Source: the human T2T-CHM13v2.0 reference genome, Homo sapiens. From it: DNA of 64,000 bases. Positions 25,327-40,638 of the stretch are shown piece by piece. Position numbers and translations under genes: made by a program. Within the stretch, counting starts at the first letter, position 1. The number at the start of each line of letters is the position of its first letter. The notes under the pieces are model-generated. The model did not search any database and had not been told where the DNA came from. It saw only the letters and a list, made by a program, of their open reading frames with translations. The DNA is taken from NCBI RefSeq assembly GCF_009914755.1, contig NC_060927.1, one strand, 5' to 3'.

Positions 25327-26420
25327 TTCCACTTCTGGCCCTGCCTGAATTTTATATCCTCACATTTCAGAACCAATCATGCCTTCCCAACAGCCCCCCA
25401 AAGTCTTAACTCATTTTAGCATTAACTCAAAAGTCCACAGTCCAAAGTCTCATCTGAGACAAGGCAAGTCCCTACTGTCTATGAGCCTGTAAAATCAAAA
25501 GCAAGTTAGTTACTTCCTAGGTATAATGGGGATACAGGCATTGGATAAATACACCCATTCAAAATGGGAGAAATTGGCCAAAATGAAGGGGCTAAAGGTC
25601 CCATGCAAGTCCAAAATAGAGCAAGACAGTCAAATCTTAAAGCTCCAAAATGATCTCCTTTGACTCCATGTCTCATATCCAGGTCATGCTGATGCAAGAG
25701 GTGGGTTCAATGGTCTTGGGCAGCTCTACCCCTGTGGCTGTGCAGGGTATGGCCTCCTTCCTGGCTGCTTTCATGGGCTGGCATTGAGTGTCTGAAGCTC
25801 TTCCAGTCACACAATGCAAGCTGTTGGTGGATCTACCATTCTGGGATCTGGAGGATGGTGGCCTTCTTCTCATAGACCCACTAGGCAGTGCCCAGTGGAA
25901 ACTCTGTGTGGGAGTTTCAACTCCACATTTCCCTTCCACACTGCCCTAGCAGAGGTTCTCCATGAGATGACTGCCCTTGAAGCAAACTTCTGCCTGGACT
26001 TCCAGGTGTTTCCATACAACCTCTGAAATCTAGGCAGAGGTTCCCAAACCTCAATTCTTAACTTCTTTGTACCTTCAGGCTCAACATCTTGTGGAAGCTG
26101 CCAAGGCTTTGGGTTTGCACTCTCTGAAGCAACAGACCAAGCTGTACCTTGGCCCCTTTTAGCCATGGGTAGAGTGGCTGGGAGGCAGGAAACCAAGTCC
26201 CTAGGCTGCACACAGCATTGGGGCCCTGGGCCCAGCCAATGAAACCATTCTTTCCTCCCAGTCCTCCAGGCCTGTGACGGGAGGGGCTGCCACAAAGGTC
26301 TCTGACATGCCCTGGAAACATTTTCCCCATTGTCTTGACAATTAACATTTGACTCCTCATTACTTATGCGAATCCCTGCAGCTGGCTTGAATTTCTCCTC
26401 AGAAAATGGGTTTTTCTTTT

Positions 26421-27806
<1,386 letters not shown>

Positions 27807-28130
27807 TCACAAATCTCTAGGGTAGGGGAAAAATGAAACCAGTTTCTTTGCTAAAACATAGCAAGAGTCACCTTTACTCCAGTTCCCCACTAGTTCCTCA
27901 TCTCCATCTGAGACCACTTCAGCTGGATTTCATTGTCCATATCATTACCAGCATTTTGGTTGAAGCCATTCAACAAGTCTCTAGAAAGTTCCAAACTTTC
28001 TCACATTTTCCTGTCCTCTTCTGAGCCCTCTGCACTGTTCTAAACTCTGCCTGTTACCCAGTTCCAAAATTGCTTCCATATTTTTTGGGTATCTTTACAG
28101 CAGCGCCCCACTCTACCAATACCAATTTAC

Positions 28131-28494
28131 TGTATTAGTCCATTTTCATGCTGCTGATAAAGACATACCTAAGACTGGGCAATTTACGGAAGAAAGAGGT
28201 TTAATGTACTCACAGTTCCACATGGCTGGGGAGGCCTCACAATCATGGTGGAAGGTGAAAGGCACATCTCACATGGCAGCAGACAAGAGAAGAGAATGAG
28301 AATCAAGCAAAAAGGGATTTCCCCTTATAAAACCATCAGATCTTGTGAGACTTATTCACTACCATGAGAACAGTATGGGGGAAACTGCCCCATGATTCAA
28401 TTATCTCCCACCTGGTCCCTCCCACAATGAGTGGGAATTATGGGAGCTACAATTCAAGATGAGATTTGGGTGGGGACACAGTCAAACCACATTT
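28131..28494 (-). repeat. THE1B 5' LTR (potential promoter/enhancer)
   Basis: 'tgtattagtccattttcatgctgctgataaagacatacc' ... 'cagtcaaaccacattt'; the terminal bases are mutated relative to the 3' LTR. Confidence 0.93.
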
Positions 28495-31055
28495 GCCTGT
28501 AAAGTTTCCACTGAAAAGTCTGCTGCCAGATGTGTTAGAGCTCCATTGTATGTCTTTTGTTTTTTTCTTTTGCTGTTTTTAGGATCCTTTCTTTATCCCT
28601 GACTCTTTTGAGTTTGATTATTAAATGCCTTGAGTAGTCTTCTTTGAGTCAAATCTGCTTGGTCTTCTACAATCTTCTTGTACTTGGATATTGATAGCTT
28701 TCTCTAGGTTTGGGAAGTTCTTGGTTATCATCCTTTTGAATAAACTTTCTACCCCTATCTCTTTATCTACCTCCTCTTTAAGGCCAGTAACTCTTAGATT
28801 TTCCTTTTTGAGGCTATTTTCTAGATGCTGTAGACATGCTTCATTGTTTTTTATTCATTTTTATTTTGTCTCCTCTGATCATGTATTTTCAAATAGCTTG
28901 TCTTCAAGATCATTAATTGTTTCTTCTGGTTGATCAATTATGTTCTTAAAGGACTCTGATGCATTCTTCAGTATATAAACTGCATTTTTCAGCTCCAGAA
29001 TTTCTGCTTGATTCTTTTTATTTAAGTCTGTTAAATTTATCTGATAAAATTCTGAATTCCTTCCCTGTGTTATCTTGAATTTTTTGAGTGTCCTCAACAC
29101 ATATATTTTAAATTTTCTGTCTGAAAGATCACATATCTCTGTTTCTCCAGGATTGGTCTCTGGTGCCTTATTTAATTCATTTGGTGAGGTCATGTTTTCC
29201 TGGATGGTGTTGATGCTAAAAGATATTCATTTGAGTTAGATATTTAGTGTAGCCTTCACTGTCTGGGTTTATTTGTACCAATCCTTCTTGGGAAAGCTTC
29301 CCAGATATTTGAAAAGACTAGGGTATTGTAATCTAAACTCTATCTCCTTTAGGGGGTAATCCAAGCATTTAGGGGGTAATGCTGTGGCTCTTGTAGACTC
29401 ATAGGGTATCACTTCGGTGGTCTTGGACAAGATCCAGAAGAGTTTTCTGGACTAGCAGACAGACACTCTTACTCTGTTTCTTACTTTCTCCCAAACAAAC
29501 AGAATATATCTCTCTGTGCCTGTTCTGAGCTACTTAAAGCTGGGGGTAGAGTGTAGCCACCACCACTATGACTGCACTGGGACAGACCTGAAACCAGCAC
29601 AGCACTGGGTCTCACCCAAGGCCTGCTGTAACTATTCCCTGGCTACTGCCTATGGTTATTCAAGGCCCTGGAACTCCATAATCAGCTGGTGACAAAGCGA
29701 GTCAGGCCTGTGTTCTTCCTTTCAGGGTGATGAAGTCCCCCCGACCTTGGCTGGGTCCAAAGGTGCCATCTGGGATTTAGGAACCATAGAGGTCAAAAAC
29801 CTTAGATGTCTACCTGGTGCTCTATTGTACAGCAGCTGAGCTGGCACTCAAACCACAAGATGCAGTCCTCCCACTCTTCCCTCCCCTTTCCAAAGACAGA
29901 GGAGCATCACCCCAAAGCCATGCCATCCCAGGCCATGAGGAGTACTACTAGACTACTTCAGATGTTCTTTTAAGGCCCAAGTACTCTTAAATCAACTTGT
30001 AGTGAATACTGCCTGGCCTGGGACTCACCCTTCAGAGCAGTGCACTCCCCTCTGGCCCAGGGAAGGTCCAGAAATGCCAGCCAAAGGTCAAGTCCTGGAA
30101 TTGTGGACCCCAAGAGCCTTGGTGCTCTACTTCCCTGTGACTGTGCTGGTACCTGAAGCTGGTAAATCTCAGAGGCTCACCCAAGGCCCTCAACATAGGA
30201 CCTGAGCATAACTACCAGTTGTTCAGGGTCCTAGGGCTCTTCAGTTGGAAGGTGATGAATGCTGCTAGAACTGAGTCCCTCTCATCAAGGCAGCAGGCTC
30301 TCTTTTGGCCAAGATGTGTCTAGAAATGCCAGCTGGGAACTAGGACCTGGAACAGGGGCTTTATGACTCTGACCAGTGCCCTATCCTGCTGTGCCTGAGC
30401 TGATATCCAAGATGCAAGACAGAATCCTCCTTACTCTACCCTCTCCTCTCCCCAAGTGGAAGGAAGAAGTCTCTTCTGGAGCCACAAGCTGTGCAGCCTG
30501 GGGTTAGAGGAGGGGTGATGCCCCAGCTGGTTTCTCAGTATGTCATTTACTCCCCCACCCGGCCCCGACCCCCACAATGCCAGTCCACTGTCTCTGGGCC
30601 CAATTCAGCACTAGAACTTGCCTAAAAGTTGCAGTCTTTATGGCCTAGACTGCCTTTCAAGTTTACTTGGACACACAGAGCACTGGAGCCCTCATTGTTG
30701 AGGTTTGCAGGCACTCCAGTTTGGACTTCTGGGATTGGTGATTCCAGGCTGTCTAAGGCTGGGTGAAATGTTCCCTCCATGGGTGGGCATCAGCTGAGTT
30801 TGGTCTGGTTTTCCTTTCTTCTCTAACACAAGAAGGCACTGAGTTCAATGCCTCACAGTTGCTGTGTTCTCTCTCCCCCAGTGCCCAGAGAAGCTCTCTG
30901 AACCACGTTGCCACTGTTGGGAGTGGGAGAGGGGTGGTGTTAGTGATTCAGGACTGGTTTTTTCTATCTCTTTGGTCCCACTTTCAGCCATATGAAGTCA
31001 AAACCAGATACTGTGGATGCTCACCTGATGTTGGTTCTTATAAAGATTTTTTCTT

Positions 31056-31359
31056 GGCCGGGCGTGGTGGCTCACGCCGGTCATCCCAGCACTTTGGGGG
31101 GCCAAGATGGGCTGATCATGAGGTCAAGAGATCGAGACCACCCTGGCCAATATGGTGAAAGCCCGTCTTTCCTAAAAATACCAAAATTAGCTGGACGTGG
31201 TGGCACGTGCCTGTAATCCCAGCTAATCAGGAGGCTGAGGCAAGAGAATTGCTGAATCCAGGAGGCAAAGGTTGCAGTGAGCCGAGATCGCGCCACTGCA
31301 CTCCAGCCTCCTGGTGACAGAGCTAGACTCTGTCTCAAAAAAAAAAAAAAAAAAAAAAA
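31056..31359 (+). mobile_element. AluSc-like, full length
   Basis: 'gatcatgaggtcaagagatcgagacc'; long pure poly(A); TSD 'aaagattttt(t)ctt' on both sides. Confidence 0.96.
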
Positions 31360-31529
31360 AAAGATTTTTCTTGTGTGTGTAAATAGGTGTCAAATTGGTG
31401 TCCTTGCAGTGGTGGGGGGCAATTGGTGGAGCCGTCTATTCTGCCGTCTTGCTTCAGCTTTCCAATTTCCATTTTTAAATTGAATTTTATGGCCCATTTT
31501 GAATTAACTTTTGTGCCTGGTAGTATTTT

Positions 31530-32740
31530 TTGAAGGAGATTGACAAACTGAATTTTAAATTTTTGTGAAAGAAAACTTCACAAAAAGCTGAGAAAATTTT
31601 TACAAATAAATGCAAACATGGATGACTTACCCCACCAGCAAGCAAGATATATCACAGAAACATATTACTATTAATTAGGATATATTACTAGTTCAAGAAG
31701 AGAAAACTAGGTCAACGAAATATGAAAGTACAGAAGCAGAACTGAAGAGGTATATGTGGATTTTCATATATGTGTGTGTATGTGGGTATAGACTTTGCAT
31801 CACAAATTAAAAAGAAAATAATTGGACTATTTAGTAAGTGTAGTTAACAAAATTGGTTCACTAGCTGAAGAAAACTAAAGTTAAAATCCATATACAACAT
31901 ACATAAAACTCTCAGTATATTAGAATCTTAAATGGAAATGGTAAAACCATCAAGGCAAAGGTCGAAAATATATTAAAATGTCTTAGAAATGTTAAAGTGG
32001 GCAAGGATTTCTTACATAAGCTCTAAGAAGCATAATTGTAAGTGGGGTGTAAGTTGATTAATTTGTCCATATCAAAATTAAAGAATTTTATTTACGAAAG
32101 CACATAAAATTATCATGCAGGTGACAGACTGAGAGAAGACATTTGAGTCATCCAAAATGCACAAGGAATTAGTACGTAGAACTATTAGGAAATTTATGAA
32201 AATCAGCAAAAAAAAATGGACTAAGGATAAGATTAGAAACTTCAAAAACTGGGAAACAAGTACAAACAGATAATCTTAATAATCATAGAAATGTTAAAAA
32301 AAAAAGATACAACTTCATACAAATAATACTGATAATTATAGAAAACCGGATAACATCAAATGCTTAGAAGTTATCAGAAGAAAAGGAATCCCCACAGACA
32401 GCTGATGGAAGTATACACTAGTTCAGACACTGTGATGAAAAATTTTGGCATCATTCACTCCTGGGAATGAGCCTCAGAGAATCTCTCGTATGGGTCCATA
32501 AGGAGATGCAAGCGAAGATGTTTACTGCAACATTGTTCTTGAAAGGAAGATTCATCTCCAGAAGAATGGATAAGTAGAACTCGACAAGTGCATGTGATTG
32601 AATGCTATGAAAACTATGTAATAGGAGCAATAAACCAGATTTACCAAGTACACATAAATAGTTCTTTAAAACATAACATTGAGTGGAAGTAAAAATGGAA
32701 AGAGAATCTGATTTATATCTCAGTTACATTTAACAGATTT

Positions 32741-32778
<38 letters not shown>

Positions 32779-32900
32779 CTCCATATATTTTCCAAGGTAC
32801 AGCAATATCTAAATAAACATATTCAAGAAACCTAGGAAGTTCACTTATTATAATAAATACACCAGAGTGAGCATCTAAGAGGTAAAAATGGCACTGCAAG
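31530..32900 (+). mobile_element. Old L1 (L1ME-like) ORF2 3' part and 3' UTR
   Basis: 'ggagattgacaaactgaatttt', 'gacttacccca', 'gacagactgagagaagacatttg', 'aagatgtttactgcaacattgtt'. Confidence 0.7.
32743..32777. repeat. (CA)n microsatellite
   Basis: Uninterrupted AC run read directly. Confidence 0.97.
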
Positions 32901-33983
32901 TGGGGATGAAAGGGAAAATAACAACAAAATAAACAAAATAGGAGCCACACACGGAATAAAGTGGATAGCATGCCACCAAAAGATGTATAGAATCAACCCT
33001 TTTCTAGGCAGCTGAGTCACAGACACAGTCACTCCAAGGGTATGTTTTCAAATTACCTGTAAATCTTCTCTCACCTTACAGCTTTCATTTTATCCACTTA
33101 TCCATAAAGCTATCAGAGGAGAATAGAAAGTTTTGCTGAGATCACAGAAGAATGTGGAGTAACTTTGAGCTTTCAAAATAATAACCAGGTCTCTAACAAG
33201 TTATTATTATTGATATGACTGACTTGTATTAGTGACCAAGTCAGCTAGACAGAAAGGGCTTATACCAGTAATTGTCAAATTCTTCTCCAAATTTCCACAA
33301 ATGAGACATTTCTTAATTATCTTCAAGAAGTGTTTTAGATTTTTCTATATCAAGCTTTAGGTAATTCTTCACATCTCCCTTTTGAAAATCACATCGTATT
33401 TTCCCAGGTTTGCCCTTGTTGTGCCTCTCACATTCTCCAAAAAGTCTCAAAAATGAGGACAATCATCATCATCTTAAAATAATAAGCATAGCATAAACCT
33501 GCAAGTTTCTTTAAGACTTTAGAATATAATCCATCTAGGCTTGGACGGCTAAAAGCATTTAAAGTAACTTTGTGATTTTTTTTTTACAGACTCATTAATA
33601 TTTCATGTATTTTAATACTAAAGTATTGATTATTCACTACAGGTCATAGTAGCCTTTGTAAAAGGATTCAGTGTTGTAGAACAATACATTAAAAATAAAA
33701 GCACAACGTGAAGATGGCCTTAGCAGTGAAACATGTAACTACTGATTCAGTATTTAGTTGATTATATTTAAAACAGATTTAATGGTGATGTAGTGAGTAA
33801 GAATCAAAGATGCAAATTCTCGTTTCAAATTGTCCACTAATGACCTTCATCTCTAAAATGGCATGCTATTTGTCAAGATCAAATGAGATAATGGATGTGA
33901 AATATTCCTGTAAGCTGCAAAGTAAAAAATAAATGGATATTTTAATTTTTATTTCTAAACTTGTGTCCAAAGAAATGGAAGGG

Positions 33984-34480
33984 TGTATTAGCTAAAATGC
34001 TTTTGCTTACATTTAAGAAGCAACCCAATTCCAACTAGCCTAAGCAATAAAAGGAATTTATTAGCTCAATTTCTGAGAAAGCCTGGAGGGAGACTAGATG
34101 CATGGGCTTAAACAGTGCAGGCAAGGCCCATTTTTTTCTCCCTTTATTTTTCAGCTCCAGCTTCTCAATAGTTCTCCACCTTCATAGTCACAAAATGGTT
34201 GCCAATAGCATCTAGGCCTACATGTTTCCTAATACAAATCTGGAAGAAATTTGGTCTGCAACCCTGAGAGTTTAAATAAAATCCCTGAAACTAAGTGTCT
34301 TTGGCTCTCATTAGCCTGAGTCGGGATATGTGCCCATCTATTAACCATCACTGTGGCCAGGAGCATGGGACATACTGATGGGCTTAAGGTAATCAGGAAT
34401 TGTGGCCAAAGTGGCTGCTTTGCAGAGCTCCATGGGGCAGTATTCCCAAATCTAAACAATAGATGCCGGAGAGCCAATCG
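33984..34480 (-). mobile_element. Old MLT1 LTR (MLT1K/L-like)
   Basis: 'tgtattagctaaaatgcttt...aacccaattccaactagcctaagcaataaaaggaatttattagctc', 'aaccatcactgtggccagg'. Confidence 0.65.
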
Positions 34481-34643
34481 ACACAAGTAATTTATTGTGG
34501 GTCCCTAGGAGAAAAGTTAACATTTACACTAGAAGTTTTTTGAGCTGGGAATAAGGCAGTCAGCCTCAATAACTGCAGGCCAAATCAGCAAGAAAAATTC
34601 TAGATTTTACTTGTTAATAATTTTTCTCACACACAAATGCCCC

Positions 34644-35028
34644 TACTATGGACGGAAGTGTGTGCTCGTCAAAATACTTATGTTGAAGCCCTGACCCCTC
34701 AGTGTGAATGCATTTGGATATAAGGCCTACAAGGAAGTAATTAAGTAATTAAATGACGTTGTAAGGGTGTAGCCCTGACCCAATAGGATTAGTGTCCTAG
34801 TAAGAAGAGACACCAGAGAGCTATTCCCATCTCACTTTACTGGCACTGTGGAAAGGCCATGTAAGAACACAGTGAGAAGGCAGCTATCTGTAAGCCAGGA
34901 AGCCAGTCCTCGCCAGAAATCAGATTTGCTGGTACCTTGGTCTTCAACTTCCAGCCTCCAAACCTGTGAGTAGTAAGTGTAAGCCCCCCAGTCCATGGTA
35001 TTTTGTCACGGCAGACTGTACAAAGATA
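34644..35028 (+). mobile_element. MLT1A-like MaLR LTR
   Basis: 'tatgttgaagccctgacccc...aataggattagtgtcc...ggccatgtaagaacacagtgagaaggcagc...cttccagcctcca...atggtattttgt'. Confidence 0.85.
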
Positions 35029-35029
35029 G

Positions 35030-35880
35030 CCCCTCTCCCCATGTCCTTCTGTGTACATGAACGCACCTGGGTTTCTGCATTCAGCGGCTTTAAGAGTCAT
35101 GTATACTCATGGTTTCCACTTCCCACACCTCTTTCCTGTATCAGCTTACTATGAGGATGCTTTCCTTCAATATTCTAGTAAAATTTTCTGCAAACACTGT
35201 GTACTTTTCAGTTCTAATCTCACATGATCATTTAGAATCATGTGACTTCACTGAATGCCCCATTCTCCTCTACATTTTCTGGAGTCCATGACCCAAATCA
35301 TAATTTTCATTTCGTCCTCTGGCTCACTTCAGTTTTCTTTATGGATTTCTTCACTTTTCTTGATAAATGCTGATGCATGCTTTGCCCCTCTTCATGATCT
35401 TATTCTTCTGTTATTCCAAGTTCTCAAGAACTTCATACTACTCATGTGCTGATGATTCCCTCGTGTAAATCCACCCTACCTTTTTCATACCTTCAACTTC
35501 CTATCAGCCATCTCCAAGTCAGTGACCGTCGAGCCCTCGAGCTCAAGCATTCAAAACAAAGTTTATCGAAATTATTATATCCACTTCCGAATAAAAACAA
35601 AACCCTCTTACTGTCTGGATAAATGGTGCCACTAAACCATGCAGCTACCCAAGACGAAAATCTCAGGATTATTCTCAACTCCTTCTCCTTCACTTTCCAC
35701 ATCAACTAATGACGTAGGACTAGTGCTCTCTCTCTGCAAGTGGCCTCTCTGCTTTCACTTTGTTCGTTCTCTGCACACTCAATGCAAAAGAAAAGAAAAT
35801 ATGAAAAATCTTATCGCTCCTCTACTTAAAACCTTGCCATGGTTTCCCAGTGCACAGCAAGTAAACTAAACTTTGCCTCA
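35030..35880 (+). mobile_element. L2 fragments
   Basis: 'atgtgctgatgattccc', 'gccatctcc', 'aaatggtgccact', 'ctcctctacttaaaaccttgccatggtttccc'. Confidence 0.6.
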
Positions 35881-36039
35881 GGGGATGGGATGCTATGTAA
35901 TGTAACAGGCAGCACCCTCGACAACTTCACCTAAATCAGTGAGTGGATAAAGTATTATAGCAAGTTTGGTCACAATACAGTTCCTCCCTGAACTTAACAC
36001 TGCACCCCTGTGGCAGATCAGATCATTATCTCATTTATT

Positions 36040-36205
36040 GCACGCCATAGCTTTAGGAAGTAAGTTCTTATATTATTCCCATGTTGTAGCTAATGAAACT
36101 GAGGAACAGAGAAATTAAGCAGCTTGCTGAAGATCACACAAGTATCAGAGCAGGTAAATAAATAAACTATAGTGGCCTAACTCAAGAGTCCAGTTTTTAA
36201 ACCAT
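36040..36205 (-). mobile_element. MIR
   Basis: 'tattattcccatgttgtagctaatgaaactgaggaacagagaaattaagcagcttgctgaagatcacac'. Confidence 0.8.
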
Positions 36206-37429
36206 TCATGAGAGGAGTTATCATATATCTCAATCTGGGCCCTGTTAACCTGTCTAGGGATAGTTCAAAAATTACATTAAAATTATTGTATGTATATATA
36301 TTTTGCTAGGAAGGGGATCCATAGGTTTCCTAAGATTCTCAAAAGAATCCCTGGCACAAAGTGCATAAAAAGAAGAAGAAACAATCCTGCTATGTGACTG
36401 TCATTCCTAGGGACTATAAAGCAACTTCCAGAAATCTTTCTTGAGAGGCATTGAAGGTTATAGAAATTTGGAACATTTTTTGTTATCATAATATGCTCAT
36501 TTAAAACTCATCACCTCTATGACATCTTCTCTGTATTATTTAAACTTCCTTCCAACAAGGTGAGAGCACGGTGCTGGCAGGGCAAGTGGTGACCCATCCA
36601 GAGAACTGTGAGTGTCAACAGTCCCTCCAGTCCAGGGGTTCAGGTGAACAGCTGAGCATACAAGTTTAGGAAAACAAGCTCACCTTCAACAAAGCATGTA
36701 AATAAAAATAATTCAAGCCTGATCCATAAGGATTTCCCTCAGGTAACGAAGTCCTTCAGGCTGAAGCTCAGTCATTTCCAGGGAGGGCTGAGTCACATTT
36801 AGATTCTTCCAGGTACAAGTTTCCTCAGTTGAGGTGGTTGGATTCGCCAGGCCTGGATATTTGCAAAATGCCCTGCTTGCCTTGATTAATGACTTTCTCC
36901 ATAAAGCCAGTCTTGGTGATGACATGACAAAGCTCCTCTGTCCCTGTGTGTTAATAGTACAGAGAGACCATTAACTGCTGGCAAGTATCCCAAAATTGCT
37001 CTGAAGATGTAGAGGAATTCTAATGAAATGTAAAGCATTCATCAGAAAGGAGCATAATAGATTTTTCAAAGCTCATGCTCAGTACTTCCACTTAACAAAT
37101 GCAATACCATCCCTCTTTAGGAAATACACGCATTTCCCATGGAAGAAAGAAAAATATTTCAAATGGTCCTCTTCATTTTTCTGTATTTTCTAAATTTTAG
37201 GTTATAAACATGTACTAATAGTATTGTTATAAAGGAAAAGAATTCATGGAAAATTTTAAAAATTTTTCTAAAGTCATGCATTCTTGTGGTTCCCAAAAGT
37301 GTTTTATTGTCACATAAATAGGGGAAATGCACTCAAATGCAGAGATACTGAATTAGTAACCCTAGTGCTGGGGGTCTAGATTCTCGGCAAGTGGCATCCA
37401 GAAGTTCAGTTTATGTCAAGTATTCTTGC

Positions 37430-37980
37430 TTATAATTGACACAGTTGGTTACCCACCCAATACATTTCATGTCTTTCTTTTAATAGCCCCCAGATATTAT
37501 TTGAATAGCTACCTCTCTCCATGCATCCCATATTATTTCAGAATAAGCTCAAACTTCCCCCTCACTCCAATAGTGGTCCCTGGTTGGTTTTACTCAAGCA
37601 TGAGTTCAAGGGTGGGCCTGTGACCTGTGCAAGCCAATCAAGGTTGATTGTAGGACTCTTGCTCAGAAAGCTGGGCCATAAACCCGCTGTACCCTGCCAG
37701 CATTGAACAGAAACCGTATTATCCCAATGCCTATGACAGCCATCTTAAAGCCATGAGGGCAACCAGACTTAGGAGGAAAATGACACCGTGAGAGCCATAG
37801 AAGGGAGATGGAAAGAAACTAAATCCATAGTGCTACCCTCAAACTGCTGGATCAACCAATCATGGACGCGTTATTGCCTCTGCATGCTCAGGTTCCTAAA
37901 GTAATAAATCTCTTTCACTGAAAAGGTCAATTGAAATTAAATTTTCTGTTCCTTGCAACAGGATATCCTAGCTCATATGC
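37430..37980 (+). mobile_element. Old MLT1-type LTR
   Basis: 'cagccatcttaaagccatgaggg', 'ctgctggatcaacc', 'aataaatctctttc...ttttctgttccttgcaac'. Confidence 0.6.
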
Positions 37981-39659
37981 AACTCCTTACAGTTATTGGT
38001 TTCAGTTGCAACACAGTGTATCAGCTGATTTAATTCAGTCCAGCATTTTTTTTTTTTTTTTGGCATACCAAGATTGGACTTTAGCCATCCTCATGGCAAT
38101 CAAGTAATGTTTACCTATTAAAAAAAATAACTGATGCCGTATACTTCAGGACTTTCTTCCCATCAATGATTATGACCATAACCAACATTCCTCTATAACA
38201 AGACTCTGGTTTCAGTGTTTCATACCTCCATAGATGTCTCAGAATCAGCCCCATCCTGCCTTGAGGTCTCTAGTTCTGTCTCGTTACTTCTGACCTGGAC
38301 CTTGACTCCTTGCACAACTGTTTTAAACTGACCCTCTATTGGGATAGTCTATGTTATTTTTCAGTTCACTTTTACCCCAGATGTTGACTTTCAGATATGC
38401 TTAGCTTTCTTATCCATCTGCCATGATCTAGCCCAACCTGTCACAATGCCAGGATGCACAAACCCTGGAGTGCATCCAGAGAATTGGGCAGTCTGAACTG
38501 GAGATGCTGGAGATACAATAAATAAGCATCAATCTCTATAAGTAAAATGAGAACATTGGACTTAAGATTACTCTGAAATGTCTTCAATTTATAAGATGTA
38601 AGAGGCTAGAGACATAGCCCTTACTCTTGAGGTATTAACAAGCCCACTACTCAGTAGGATGCTGATAATTAGAGGACTCAGTAATCAACATTTTCAAATA
38701 GCACTTTTCTGTGTAACAACTGAATAGTGTTGAATCTACTCCACAATTGTTAGAAATAGGACACATATTACTTAGCATTTTCAGCTTTATTTTTCAGAAT
38801 GTAGGACATATTTTAATAATACAAAAAATGTTCTAATATAGAAAATGCCATAATATCACTATCTTGGTTAATCCCCACAGTAGCCTCACCACCAACAGGG
38901 AACATTCTTTGCATATCATAAAAGACTACTGGAGATTTATCCATTTTCTACCTCTGTGGCCACATACCTTACTTACTATACCTGTCTCAAATCCTACACT
39001 CCAACCTAACCAGATCACCAACAGTCCCTGGAAGTCACAATTTTGTCTTTATCTTTTCTTTTTCTCTAACCAGAATACTTATACCCAACTTCTTCATCCA
39101 GTGGGTATACTCATCATTCAAGACCCAGCTAAATTCTTTCCTCCTCACATACGCCTTCTCTGATCTTCTGAAAGTTGTGGCCGCACCTTCTATGTAGAAG
39201 ACAGACAGTGAAAGAAAGATTTCAGAAAAGAGCTGCAAGCCATTTGAAGCCTGGAAATTGCACCAGTGATGCTTCTTAGTGAATGCTTTAGGCTTTAACC
39301 AGCCAGATCTACAACTTCTCCTTTGCAACGGAGCCAGGAAGCAGAATGGAAGAATGGACAAAAAGGTAGATGCTCCTCCCTGCAGTGTATTACCAAATTA
39401 GAATTCAGGCAGAAGTTCCCTCTCCAACATACAGTACCTAAAAAAATTTTGTATTGTACATGTGCATATAATGGATCGCAGAAGTCTGTGTTGTTCAAGT
39501 ATAGTTGAACAAGTCTGTGGGCCCCTAACTCAAACATTAGGTTTATGACAGTAAGAACAATAACCTCTCCATAGCACAGGGCCTGCTATAACATAAGCAC
39601 TCAATTAATATTTTTTCTTAATAAAAGTGAATGAAGGACCAAATAAAAAATAGTCTTTA

Positions 39660-40390
39660 CATCGAATAAAAGAATACCAAGTGCTAGTGAGAATGTGGAA
39701 CAAAGGGAACTCTGATCATTAGTGAGTGTCAATTGGCACAATCACATTGGAAAACTATTTGGTAGCTCTTCCTATAACTAAATGTAAAACCATGTCCCAG
39801 TAATTCTACTCCTGAGTATATACCCTAAATAAATGAGTACATATGTCCACCAGAAGACTTTGACAAGAATGTTCATAGAAGCTTCATTCAAAATAGACAA
39901 AAATTAGAAACAACCCAATTGTTCATCAACAATAAAGTGGATAAACAATGGTATATTATGGGTAGCAGAATACTACTCAGCAAGAAAAAGGATAAATGAT
40001 TGCTAAATAGAACAACATAGATAAATTTTAGAAGTACAATAAAGAGCAAAAAAGACCAGACCTAAAGGAAGACATAAGGTATGATGATTCCATTTGTGAA
40101 TTATGACCGTGAATATCAATACGAAGTTAAAAAACAGACTGAGAATAGGCAAGGCTGTGGTGTTGTAAATGTTCTGTATCTTGATCTAGGTGCCATTACG
40201 TGGGTGTGTGCATGTATATATGTGTGTTGCGTGTATGTGTATGTGTACATATATACACACATATACACACATGCAACACACATATACACACACATACAAA
40301 TATACACATATAAAAGTTCATAAAGTTGTACATTTAAAGTTTTGTATACTTAATACATATGTTATACATATATGCAAATTTTTAACAACT
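39660..40390 (+). mobile_element. Old L1M 3' end
   Basis: 'aataccaagtgctagtgagaatgtggaacaa...gtcccagtaattctactcctgagtatataccc...caagaatgttcatag...gttctgtatcttgatctaggtg'. Confidence 0.85.
40204..40312. repeat. Compound (TG/TA)-(CA/TA) inverted microsatellite
   Basis: TG-rich left arm and CA-rich right arm read directly. Confidence 0.9.
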
Positions 40391-40602
40391 TGAAGGGATT
40401 TCAGATTCATTTCATTTTCTGGTTGAACTTGAGAGAACACAGTGAGAAACTGCATCAGAGTCAAAAGTTCAGAATTAGAAGCAACACTTTCCTTATTTTA
40501 CAAATGAGAACACAGAGCCCAAAGACATTAACTTAACCAGTGACCACTTTTCTTGTTAGTCACAGAGCTAAGCCAATATGTTTTCATTACCCCATGCCTT
40601 CC

Positions 40603-40605
<3 letters not shown>

Positions 40606-40633
<28 letters not shown>
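40606..40633. repeat. (CA)n microsatellite
   Basis: Uninterrupted AC run. Confidence 0.96.

Positions 40634-40638
<5 letters not shown>

Noticed and set aside
25506-26360. ORFs of 63-141 aa in THE1 internal sequence
   Set aside because: Fragments of the decayed MaLR internal ORF or its alternate frames.
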